NCBI GenBank assembly: GCA_017621655.1
Contig: JAGASS010000016.1
Location: 79,961-143,960, forward strand
Origin: Clostridia bacterium
Lineage (GTDB): Bacteria; Bacillota; Clostridia; Oscillospirales; CAG-272
Direction: 5' to 3'
DNA length: 64,000 nt
The first letter of the stretch is position 1. Every line of letters begins with the position of its first letter. Both the position numbers and the translations under genes were made by a program. Below the pieces are notes generated by a model that saw nothing but the letters and a program-made list of their open reading frames with translations, was not told where the DNA came from and searched no databases. Positions 19,144 through 27,554 of this stretch are shown one piece after another.

Positions 19144-21393
19144 ATGGCAAAGAAAAAAGCCGCTTCCCGAATTTCGGTTCCGACTGTTCAGGCGGAGATC
19201 CGCCCGCAGCTCATAACCGAAACGATCGAAAAAAACTTTATGCCTTACGCGATGAGCGTTATCGTGTCGCGTGCGATTCCCGATATTGACGGCTTCAAGC
19301 CGGCACACAGAAAGCTCCTTTATACGATGTATAAGATGGGACTTCTTACGGGGCAGAAGGTCAAGAGCGCGACCGTCGTCGGTGAGACGATGAAGCGCCA
19401 CCCTCACGGTGACCAGGCAATATACGCAACGCTCGTCCGTCTGACGAGAGCTAACGAGTCGCTTCTGCATCCCTTTATTGATTCAAAGGGAAGCTTCGGT
19501 AAGCACTATAGCTCCGATATGGACTACGCTGCGCCCCGTTATACCGAGTGTAAGCTCGATAAGCTCAGCGCCGAGATATTCGCAGGAATAGATAAGAACG
19601 CAGTTGACCTCGTTGACAACTACGATAATACGCTGAAGGAGCCGACGTTGCTCCCGACGGCGTTCCCGAATATTCTCGTTTCGCCGAACCTCGGTGTTGC
19701 AGTCGGTATGGCGTGTTCGATCTGCTCGTTCAACCTTGCTGAAATATGCGACGGAACGATACAGCTCCTTAAAAATCCGAATACCGATACCGAGCGCCTT
19801 ATGAGCATTATCAAGGCACCCGATTTCCCGGGCGGCGGTAATCTCATATACGATAAAGAGAAATACAAGGAGATCTTCGAGACAGGTCACGGTTCACTTA
19901 AGGTAAGAGCAAAGTACGTATACGACAAGAGCGCAAACTGTATTGACGTTCTTGAAATTCCGTATTCGACCACTATCGAAGCGATAATCAAGAAGATAAC
20001 GGGTTACATCAAGGAAGGAAAGCTCAAGGAGATCGTTGACGTCCGTGACGAGATCGACCTTCAGGGCTTCAAGCTGACAATTGACCTTCGCCGCGGCGTT
20101 GATCCTGATAAGCTTATGACTAAGCTTTACAAGATGACGCCCCTTGAGGATTCCTTTGAATGTAACTTCAATATACTCGTTCACGGCACGCCGCGTCTGC
20201 TCGGAATCAAAGAGATACTTAACGAGTGGATCGACTTCAGAATGACGTGCCTGCGCCGTGAGCTTACCTACGACCTCGGAAAGAAGAAGGATAAGCTTCA
20301 TCTTCTTCTCGGACTCGGCAAGATCCTTCTCGACATCGACAAGGCGATAAAGATCGTCCGCGAGACTGAAAAGGAAGCGGACGTTGTGCCAAACCTTATG
20401 AAAGGCTTCTCGATCGACGAGATCCAGGCGGAGTATATCGCTGAGATCAAGCTCCGTTATCTCAACCGAGAGTATATCATCAGCCGTATAAAGGAGATCG
20501 AATCTCTCCAGAAGGAGATCGCGGATCTCGAGCAGCTTATCGCGTCCGATACGAGAATGAAGAACCGCATCGCATCTCAGCTTAAGGAGATAAAAGAGAA
20601 GTACGGTAAGGAAAGAAAGACACAGCTTATCGGTGCCGACGATGTCGAGGTATATGACGAAAGCGAGCATATCGAAGACTATAACGTCAAGCTTATCTTT
20701 ACAAAAGAGGGCTATTTTAAGAAGATCACTCTCCTTTCGCTCCGCGGAAACGACGAGCAGAAGCTTAAAGATGGCGACTTCCTCGTTGATTCAATCGACG
20801 CGTCGAACACAGACGAGCTGATATTCTTCTCGGATAAGGCGCAGGTCTATAAGACGAGAGTTTGTGACTTTGATACGACGAAGGCGTCGCTTCTCGGTGA
20901 CTATATTCCCGCAAAGCTCGGCTTTGATGAGGGCGAAAAGGCGATAGCTATGAAGAAGCTCGATAAGAGCGATCTTTACGGCGGACACGCTGTCGTTATA
21001 TTCAAAAACGGTAAGGGCGTTAAGATACCGCTTTCCGCATATGAAACAAAGGGTAACAGACGTAAGCTTACCGCGGCGTATTCCTCCGCTTGCGAGCCGG
21101 CAGGCGTCGTTATATGCGAGAAGGGCGAGGATAAGGATATACTGCTAGTTGCAGATAACGGCAGGGTAATGACCATATCGACCTCTCTTGTTCCCGAAAA
21201 GGCAACGAGAACCTCTCAGGGCGTAACGCTCATGCAGGTGAAGAACGCAAACGTCGTATTCGTTACGACGGATATAGCAGCTTTTACTCCATCGGGTAAG
21301 AGCTACAAGAAAAACAAGCTTCCGACTACAGGTTGGACTATTTATGATGAAGATGCTGCGGCAATGCCCGACAGCGTAAAAGCAAATCTATAA
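19144..21393 (+). CDS. Type IIA topoisomerase subunit A (ParC/GyrA family, probably topoisomerase IV-like)
   Basis: SRAIPD.DGFKP, HPHGD, catalytic AAPRYTE, APDFPGG; no GyrA-box recognised in C-terminal domain. Confidence 0.9.
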   Translation: MAKKKAASRISVPTVQAEIRPQLITETIEKNFMPYAMSVIVSRAIPDIDGFKPAHRKLLYTMYKMGLLTGQKVKSATVVGETMKRHPHGDQAIYATLVRLTRANESLLHPFIDSKGSFGKHYSSDMDYAAPRYTECKLDKLSAEIFAGIDKNAVDLVDNYDNTLKEPTLLPTAFPNILVSPNLGVAVGMACSICSFNLAEICDGTIQLLKNPNTDTERLMSIIKAPDFPGGGNLIYDKEKYKEIFETGHGSLKVRAKYVYDKSANCIDVLEIPYSTTIEAIIKKITGYIKEGKLKEIVDVRDEIDLQGFKLTIDLRRGVDPDKLMTKLYKMTPLEDSFECNFNILVHGTPRLLGIKEILNEWIDFRMTCLRRELTYDLGKKKDKLHLLLGLGKILLDIDKAIKIVRETEKEADVVPNLMKGFSIDEIQAEYIAEIKLRYLNREYIISRIKEIESLQKEIADLEQLIASDTRMKNRIASQLKEIKEKYGKERKTQLIGADDVEVYDESEHIEDYNVKLIFTKEGYFKKITLLSLRGNDEQKLKDGDFLVDSIDASNTDELIFFSDKAQVYKTRVCDFDTTKASLLGDYIPAKLGFDEGEKAIAMKKLDKSDLYGGHAVVIFKNGKGVKIPLSAYETKGNRRKLTAAYSSACEPAGVVICEKGEDKDILLVADNGRVMTISTSLVPEKATRTSQGVTLMQVKNANVVFVTTDIAAFTPSGKSYKKNKLPTTGWTIYDEDAAAMPDSVKANL

Positions 21394-21416
21394 TTAAGAA
21401 TCGAGGTTATAACAAC

Positions 21417-22691
21417 ATGTCAAACGTACTTGAACTCATTAATTCACTTAAAGGACCCTGCTCATGCGGAATGTGCCACGATACCGCAATTAAGGACATA
21501 GTTATTGAATCCGGCGCCGTCAACACCGTCGGTGAGGTTCTCAAGAGAAACGGCTTCCCGAAGAAGCTCCTTCTCGTTGCCGATAAGGATACTCTTAAGG
21601 CGGCTGACGGAATCGTTGAGTCCCTTAAGGATTTTGATATTGAATATAAAATATACGACACCCTCCGCGTTGCTACGATGAAGGAGGTAAACGAGGTAGA
21701 AGACCTTATTAAAGACCGCGAGATCGGCGTTCTTTCCGTTGGTACGGGTTCTATTAATGACCCCTGCCGTCTTGCTGCAGCAAGACAGGATAAGCTCCTT
21801 TGTATCTTCGGTACAGCTCCCTCTATGGACGGCTTCGCTTCTTACGGTGCGCCGATCGTAGACAAGGGCTTCAAGTTCAGCTACTCTGCTAAGAGTCCTG
21901 AGGTTATAATAGGCGATACTAAGATCCTCGCATCATCACCTTCTGATCTTAAGTCTGCGGGATTCGGTGATATGATCGCTAAATACGTCGGCCTTGTTGA
22001 CTGGAAGATATCAAGTCTTCTTACAGGGGAGCTTTATTGTGAGAAGGTAGCTAAACTTACCAGAGACGCAGTTGACGAGCTTGTTGAGCTTGCTGACAAG
22101 GTCACCGTTAACGACGAGAAAACTGCAGGTAAAATATTTGAAGCACTGCTTAAAACAGGCGTAGGAATGTCGTTTATGCAGAACTCCCGTCCCGCAAGCG
22201 GCGCTGAGCATATCGTTTGTCATATTCTCGAGTGTAAGGAGCTTGTTGACGGAATCATCCCGAACTACCACGGACACGACGTCGGTGTTTCTACTCTCAA
22301 CCTGCTCAAATATTACGCGAAGCTCGCTTCTATCGAAAAGATAAGCGCAAAGTATGAAAACGTTGACTGGGACGACGTGTATGCCTTCTACGGCGATCTT
22401 GCCGATGACATCAAGGCAGTCAATTTCCCCGAAAACATAGTCGACGGAATCACCCCCGAGTCGATCGAGGAAAACTGGGATAACATAAGAAAGATCATAA
22501 GAGAAGTTCCTTCCTACGAGGAATGTAAGGAAGCAATGAGAAAGGCGGGCTGTCGCCTTACCGTAGACGACATAGGAAAGGACAGAAAGCTGTTCAACGA
22601 CTGTACGAGGTATTCGCCGTTTATGAGAAAACGTTTAACGCTTTTGCGTCTTAGCGGTATGATTGGCATATACCCCGAGGACGCCGATTAA
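21417..22691 (+). CDS. sn-glycerol-1-phosphate dehydrogenase (AraM/EgsA family)
   Basis: VGTGSIND, TAPSMDGFAS, AGFGDMIAK, SRPASGAEH, HGHDVG motifs; N-terminal CSCGMCH. Confidence 0.85.
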   Translation: MSNVLELINSLKGPCSCGMCHDTAIKDIVIESGAVNTVGEVLKRNGFPKKLLLVADKDTLKAADGIVESLKDFDIEYKIYDTLRVATMKEVNEVEDLIKDREIGVLSVGTGSINDPCRLAAARQDKLLCIFGTAPSMDGFASYGAPIVDKGFKFSYSAKSPEVIIGDTKILASSPSDLKSAGFGDMIAKYVGLVDWKISSLLTGELYCEKVAKLTRDAVDELVELADKVTVNDEKTAGKIFEALLKTGVGMSFMQNSRPASGAEHIVCHILECKELVDGIIPNYHGHDVGVSTLNLLKYYAKLASIEKISAKYENVDWDDVYAFYGDLADDIKAVNFPENIVDGITPESIEENWDNIRKIIREVPSYEECKEAMRKAGCRLTVDDIGKDRKLFNDCTRYSPFMRKRLTLLRLSGMIGIYPEDAD

Positions 22692-22704
22692 TTCGGAGGA
22701 ATTT

Positions 22705-23208
22705 ATGAAAAAACTCAAGAAATCCGCAATAATCTTCGTTATGATTATAACGATACTTACCTTCGGTGTTTCTGCCGACGAGGCGTATTCGAGCAAAAAC
22801 GATCCGCTTGTTTCGCTCAGCTACGTCAACGACGTGCTCGGACCGCAGATAATGTCGCAGGTGCTTGAGAAGATCGAAAGTCAATATGTCAAAATCAGCG
22901 ATATTACCGACATGATGTCGGGAGAGCTGACGCTTGTTACCCTCAGTAAGGGAGATACACTGATGTCAAAGGGCGTTTGTGAGATCGTTCTGCTTTCGGG
23001 TAATGCGACGACTCTTATTACCGCTTCGTCAAATATCGAAGCGGGGCAGGGACTTGTTGACGTGACAGATGGCACGGTCGTAACTAACGGCTCGCTTATC
23101 AAGGCAAACCATAAGATAATAATTCCGAAGGCGGACGGCAGAGGAATTATTGTTACGGGTGACAGCGTAAGCTTGCTCGTGAGAGGAGCGTATTCAATTG
23201 CGGACTGA
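22705..23208 (+). CDS. Secreted hypothetical protein
   Basis: Signal peptide MKKLKK..VSA; DPLVSLSYV motif; GGAGGA RBS; overlaps the SpoIID-like gene. Confidence 0.75.
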   Translation: MKKLKKSAIIFVMIITILTFGVSADEAYSSKNDPLVSLSYVNDVLGPQIMSQVLEKIESQYVKISDITDMMSGELTLVTLSKGDTLMSKGVCEIVLLSGNATTLITASSNIEAGQGLVDVTDGTVVTNGSLIKANHKIIIPKADGRGIIVTGDSVSLLVRGAYSIAD

Positions 23209-25585
23209 TAACGGTACAAAAAAGAAGAGGTTAAAGCTTGATTCGCGTTTTTGGGCGCGGGTCTTGGTCGTGCTTCTCGCCTTATCAATGCTCGTCGGAA
23301 CGTTTTATTACGTGCTGATATTCTTTGCGCCGAGGTCACATGCGGCTGAAAATGAAGCTTCGGATGACAGCTCCTGGAATATCAACTTGCGCGTCGGCAT
23401 ATGCTACGACGAATATATAACCGTTTCCGTTAAGCTTACAGCCGAATACGGATTTGACGTTGTTTATTCAACCATGGGACGCAATACGATCAACCTCGGA
23501 TATTTACCCCAGACCGAGGTGCACGTTGCGCGCCACGTTAACCTGAAATACGCTTCCTCCAAATATCAGAAGGCATCAAATGCCGCTGAAACGAAGGTCG
23601 GATCGTATCATATTGACGTTCTTTCCGATGACAACTATCTTGAGGATATAGATGAAATAAAGAAGGTCTTTCCTGAGTATAACGTATTTCCCGCATATCT
23701 GCACGCTGAACGTCACGTGTTCATAGGACAGTTCGCAACGGCAGAAGAGGCGGAGGCGGCGCTTTCGCTGATAAAGGAGGCGTTGACTCCACCGCCGCCA
23801 CCCGAAACGACTCCGGAGCCGGAGACCACACCCGAGCAGACAGAGGGCGATACAACTCCCGAAGTATCGGATACGACAGCAGAAGACACCGCGACAGATA
23901 CAGTCGATACGTCTGAAGTCACATCAGAAGAAGATACTTCCCAAGACATTACTACTGAAGCTGGTGCTTCCGACAGTAAGACTGAAGACGATACAACCGT
24001 TGAGGACACCACCGTTGAGGACACCACCGTTGAGGATACAACCGTTGAGGATACAACCGTTGAGGATACAACCGTTGAGGATACAACCGTTGAGGATACG
24101 ACCGTTGAGGATACGACTGCACCTGAAGTAACTGATCCACCCTTTGTATCACCGCTTTCGGGTGAGCTTACGGAAGCAGTGCTCGCTTCAAGTGTGCGCG
24201 CTCCTCTTAACAACGATATGATCGTAATTGATCCGTCTACCCATAATATTATTTGGCTTCACGGATCTCCGCAGACATACGTGCTTCTCGGTCTTGGCGC
24301 ACACCGTATTGACCCGGACGTTAACGTCACTATGCGTATGAAGCATAAGTACAGCAGTGGCGAGACCACGCGTACTTACGACGGATATATGGAGTTTTCA
24401 CATCATTGTCCGACCGAGTATTACGGAATAGAGATCGTCAATCTTGTTCGTCTCGAAAACTATATTGCAGGAGTTTGCGCAGCCGAGATACATACGTGGT
24501 GGCCGATTGAAACCTTAAAAGCGTTTTCAATCGCAGTCAGAAGCTTCTCGATAAAGAGACTGAACGGACACGGCGGTTTTTCAGGGGATCTGTGCAACGA
24601 GGCGTGCTGTCAGGTATTTAACGGCTACGGTCCGACTGACGAGCGAGTTTGGCGAGCAGTTGTTGAGACCAAAGGAATAATAGCGACCTCAAACGGCGTT
24701 CTGTGCGGAACGTATTATTCCTCGAGTACAGGCGGATGTACTGCCAACTGTACAGATGTCTGGGGAAGCAGTCTTGCTACCTATCCGTACCTCAAAGCGG
24801 TTGCGACACCTTGGGAGAAATACGAGACGTACTCAAGAGGTCAAAAGACCTATACGGTTACGGGAACAGCCCTTTATAACAGACTTGTAGATAAGGGATA
24901 TAAGAATCTTAAAGGTCCTGTAACCGATATAAAAATAACCAAAACAGGTAACAATACGACCTATGTTACCGAGATCAAATTCTATGATGCAAACGGCAAT
25001 TGTCAGACCGTCACCCGCGCGGACAAGATCAAAAAGCTGCTTTCAAGCTATGTTGACTCTGCTAACTTTGTAGTTGCAAAATCGGGTGAAAGCGTTGATC
25101 GCATTAAGTACACAATGCTTGGCTTCGGTGCAACAAATCCAAATCCGCCCGAGGGAGTTGACGTGCTCGGAAATCCGTTTTTGAATACAGTAACGGGTCG
25201 TCAGCAGTTCTCGGTCATTACAGCAGACGGAATAAAGACCTTCTACGACAGTCAGAGCGAGAAAGTCATGACCGGAAGCGGACTTAAGGACTTCGATATG
25301 TCCTTTGCTCTTGACTCTCAGATATATCCGACGATAATCGGTATAAACGGCGAGGTTCTCCCTGATATTTCAAAGCTTTCGCCAATAATCGAAAGCGAAA
25401 CCCTGACAACTACCGCGGCAGCTAACAGCTTTACGTTTATAAGCCGCGGCTGGGGACACGGTGTCGGAATGAGCCAATACGGAATATATGAGCTTGGAAA
25501 TCTCGGATACGACTACAGATATATTCTTAAAGCATATTATTCGGGCATCAGCTATACGACTTACAAAGAATATTTAGGCAAATGA
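23198..25585 (+). CDS. SpoIID/LytB-domain peptidoglycan lytic transglycosylase-like protein
   Basis: N-terminal TM; SPOR-like IGQFATAEEA; LENYIAGVCAAEI, YYSSSTGG, GWGHGVGMSQYG, ILKAYYSG. Confidence 0.9.
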   Translation: MRTDNGTKKKRLKLDSRFWARVLVVLLALSMLVGTFYYVLIFFAPRSHAAENEASDDSSWNINLRVGICYDEYITVSVKLTAEYGFDVVYSTMGRNTINLGYLPQTEVHVARHVNLKYASSKYQKASNAAETKVGSYHIDVLSDDNYLEDIDEIKKVFPEYNVFPAYLHAERHVFIGQFATAEEAEAALSLIKEALTPPPPPETTPEPETTPEQTEGDTTPEVSDTTAEDTATDTVDTSEVTSEEDTSQDITTEAGASDSKTEDDTTVEDTTVEDTTVEDTTVEDTTVEDTTVEDTTVEDTTVEDTTAPEVTDPPFVSPLSGELTEAVLASSVRAPLNNDMIVIDPSTHNIIWLHGSPQTYVLLGLGAHRIDPDVNVTMRMKHKYSSGETTRTYDGYMEFSHHCPTEYYGIEIVNLVRLENYIAGVCAAEIHTWWPIETLKAFSIAVRSFSIKRLNGHGGFSGDLCNEACCQVFNGYGPTDERVWRAVVETKGIIATSNGVLCGTYYSSSTGGCTANCTDVWGSSLATYPYLKAVATPWEKYETYSRGQKTYTVTGTALYNRLVDKGYKNLKGPVTDIKITKTGNNTTYVTEIKFYDANGNCQTVTRADKIKKLLSSYVDSANFVVAKSGESVDRIKYTMLGFGATNPNPPEGVDVLGNPFLNTVTGRQQFSVITADGIKTFYDSQSEKVMTGSGLKDFDMSFALDSQIYPTIIGINGEVLPDISKLSPIIESETLTTTAAANSFTFISRGWGHGVGMSQYGIYELGNLGYDYRYILKAYYSGISYTTYKEYLGK
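23990..24118 (+). repeat. In-frame 15-bp minisatellite encoding (DTTVE)8
   Basis: 8 full copies of GAYACNACCGTTGAG plus a partial copy. Confidence 0.95.
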
Positions 25586-25606
25586 TGTAATTAAGAGGTA
25601 ATTATT

Positions 25607-26563
25607 TTGAAAATCACAGTTATAGGATGCGGTAGATGGGGTTCGTTTATCGCGTGGTATCTTAACAATCAGAAGCACGACGTCACCGTATACGGTCTAA
25701 GTGACGCCGAAAGCTTTATTCAGCTTCGCGACACGAGAACGAACGGACTTATCACGTATCCCGATGAGATCAAGCTGACGACCGATATAACGGCTGTGCA
25801 TGACGCGGAAACCGTTATAATCTCTATTGGATCGCAGGGACTTCGCGCGCTTGTTGCACAGCTTAACGGGCTTGGTGTTAAGGGCAAAAACTTCGTTCTC
25901 TGTATGAAGGGAATCGAGATTGGTACGGGCAAGCGCCTAAGCGAGATAGTTGAAGAAGGACTTGATCCTTCCAATACCGTTTCGGTTTGGATCGGACCGG
26001 GTCACGTTCAGGAATTCGCTCGCGGAATACCGAACTGTATGGTTATCGACAGTAAAAATGACGAGATCAAAAAGAAGCTCGTAGAGGAGTTTTCAAGCCC
26101 TGTTATCCGTTTCTATTACGGATCTGATCTTATCGGTAACGAAATAGGAGCCGCATCAAAAAACGTTATAGGAATCGCGGCAGGAATGCTTGACGGACTG
26201 GGTTTGTCGTCGCTCAAAGGCGCACTTATGTCGCGTGGCACAAGAGAAATTTCGCGTCTTATCGAGGCGTTCGGCGGTAATCCATTTTCGGCATACGGTC
26301 TTTGCCATCTCGGAGATTACGAGGCGACCGTTTTCTCAAAGTATTCGCATAACCGCGGCTACGGTGAAATGTTTGTCAAGGGTGAGCACTTCGATAAGCT
26401 TGCAGAGGGATATTATACCGTTAAGGCGCTTATGGATATGAGCGAAAAAAGCGGTGTTGAGCTTCCTATATGCGAGGCGGTATACAAGGTGCTTTACGAA
26501 AACGGCGATCCCAAATCGACGCTATATTCACTCTTTGAAAGAAGCTTGAAGCAGGAATTTTAA
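25607..26563 (+). CDS. gpsA: NAD(P)H-dependent glycerol-3-phosphate dehydrogenase
   Basis: VIGCGRWGS, MKGIE, ASKNVIGIAAG, LGDYEAT..SHNR, AEGY motifs. Confidence 0.9.
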   Translation: MKITVIGCGRWGSFIAWYLNNQKHDVTVYGLSDAESFIQLRDTRTNGLITYPDEIKLTTDITAVHDAETVIISIGSQGLRALVAQLNGLGVKGKNFVLCMKGIEIGTGKRLSEIVEEGLDPSNTVSVWIGPGHVQEFARGIPNCMVIDSKNDEIKKKLVEEFSSPVIRFYYGSDLIGNEIGAASKNVIGIAAGMLDGLGLSSLKGALMSRGTREISRLIEAFGGNPFSAYGLCHLGDYEATVFSKYSHNRGYGEMFVKGEHFDKLAEGYYTVKALMDMSEKSGVELPICEAVYKVLYENGDPKSTLYSLFERSLKQEF

Positions 26564-26564
26564 T

Positions 26565-27392
26565 ATGCGCACAAATTTTTACGATATACTTTCTTCACAT
26601 TCACGTGCCTACCCCAAGATGATGGCGGAGGATTACTACACGCTCGCTTATGAAAGCGAATACGGCGAGGTCTTTGACGGCGATAATGACGCTCAGGTAT
26701 TGCTTGACGAGCTGAATAAGACCAAGACGGACGTGCTTGAGCCGTTTACGGTTACAATAGGCGGCGGATATGCGCGTCTTAATCTCGCGCCGATAAAGGC
26801 GTATCTTTCGGTCGATAATATTCTTTCCGTTATGTCGCTGACGCCAAAGGAGGGAAGCACCGACGGTCTTGAGCGCAAAATATCTCTTATTCGCCGTTCC
26901 GGCGTTATGGGAATACTTCCGCAGAACGCACGCGACGTTGATAAGTGCGAGGGGAGCGTGACGCACAGCGCGCTGTATAAGCGTCTTTACGGTGCATCAT
27001 ACCGCATTATTTCTTCTGACATTTCGCCCGTTATCCCGGGTCTTTGCCTTATATCAGAGGCGCTCGGGAAGACGGAAAAGGTAACTGTCGCTCTTGACGG
27101 AAGAAAGGCATCGGGCAAAAGCTTTGCGTGCAAGGTCATATCTACTGTATTCGCCTCCGAGATGGAGACAGGGAAGCTCGTTATCAATGACGGCTTCGGC
27201 TCGTTCGGAAGCGGAAATTACGACATAAAGCTCTATTTCGATACCGACGAAGAAAGCAGAAAAATGAGGATCGTAGAAGCAGGCGGAGATATCGCTTGGG
27301 TAAAATATGAAAGCGAATCTCGCCCCGAGGAGGACGCGTATATAGAAAAATACGAGCCGGCAATTAACTGCGACCTCGTAATAAGAACGTAA
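26565..27392 (+). CDS. Hypothetical protein: uncharacterised N-terminal domain plus shortened uridine-kinase-like P-loop domain
   Basis: ALDGRKASGKS P-loop; N-terminal domain resembles ORF 56234-56905. Confidence 0.6.
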   Translation: MRTNFYDILSSHSRAYPKMMAEDYYTLAYESEYGEVFDGDNDAQVLLDELNKTKTDVLEPFTVTIGGGYARLNLAPIKAYLSVDNILSVMSLTPKEGSTDGLERKISLIRRSGVMGILPQNARDVDKCEGSVTHSALYKRLYGASYRIISSDISPVIPGLCLISEALGKTEKVTVALDGRKASGKSFACKVISTVFASEMETGKLVINDGFGSFGSGNYDIKLYFDTDEESRKMRIVEAGGDIAWVKYESESRPEEDAYIEKYEPAINCDLVIRT

Positions 27393-27454
27393 AAAAGGTG
27401 CTGTCCGTTATTGACCGTTAGGAAAGGCATTATTAACACGTTATATATTGCAGC

Positions 27455-27487
27455 TAAGGACAGAGAACGCATATTTCTCTGTCCTTA
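27455..27487. terminator. Inverted repeat, probable terminator of the long plus-strand gene run
   Basis: Perfect 13-bp stem TAAGGACAGAGAA / TTCTCTGTCCTTA with 7-nt loop. Confidence 0.65.
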
Positions 27488-27554
27488 AAATTTTTAAAAC
27501 TGATGCAACCAAATTCAAAAACGCCACACTATATGGATGAAAGGAGGCGAGGAA

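Noticed and set aside
23990-24118. Tandem repeat considered as a CRISPR array
   Set aside because: Contiguous 15-bp units with no spacers, in frame within a CDS, no cas genes.
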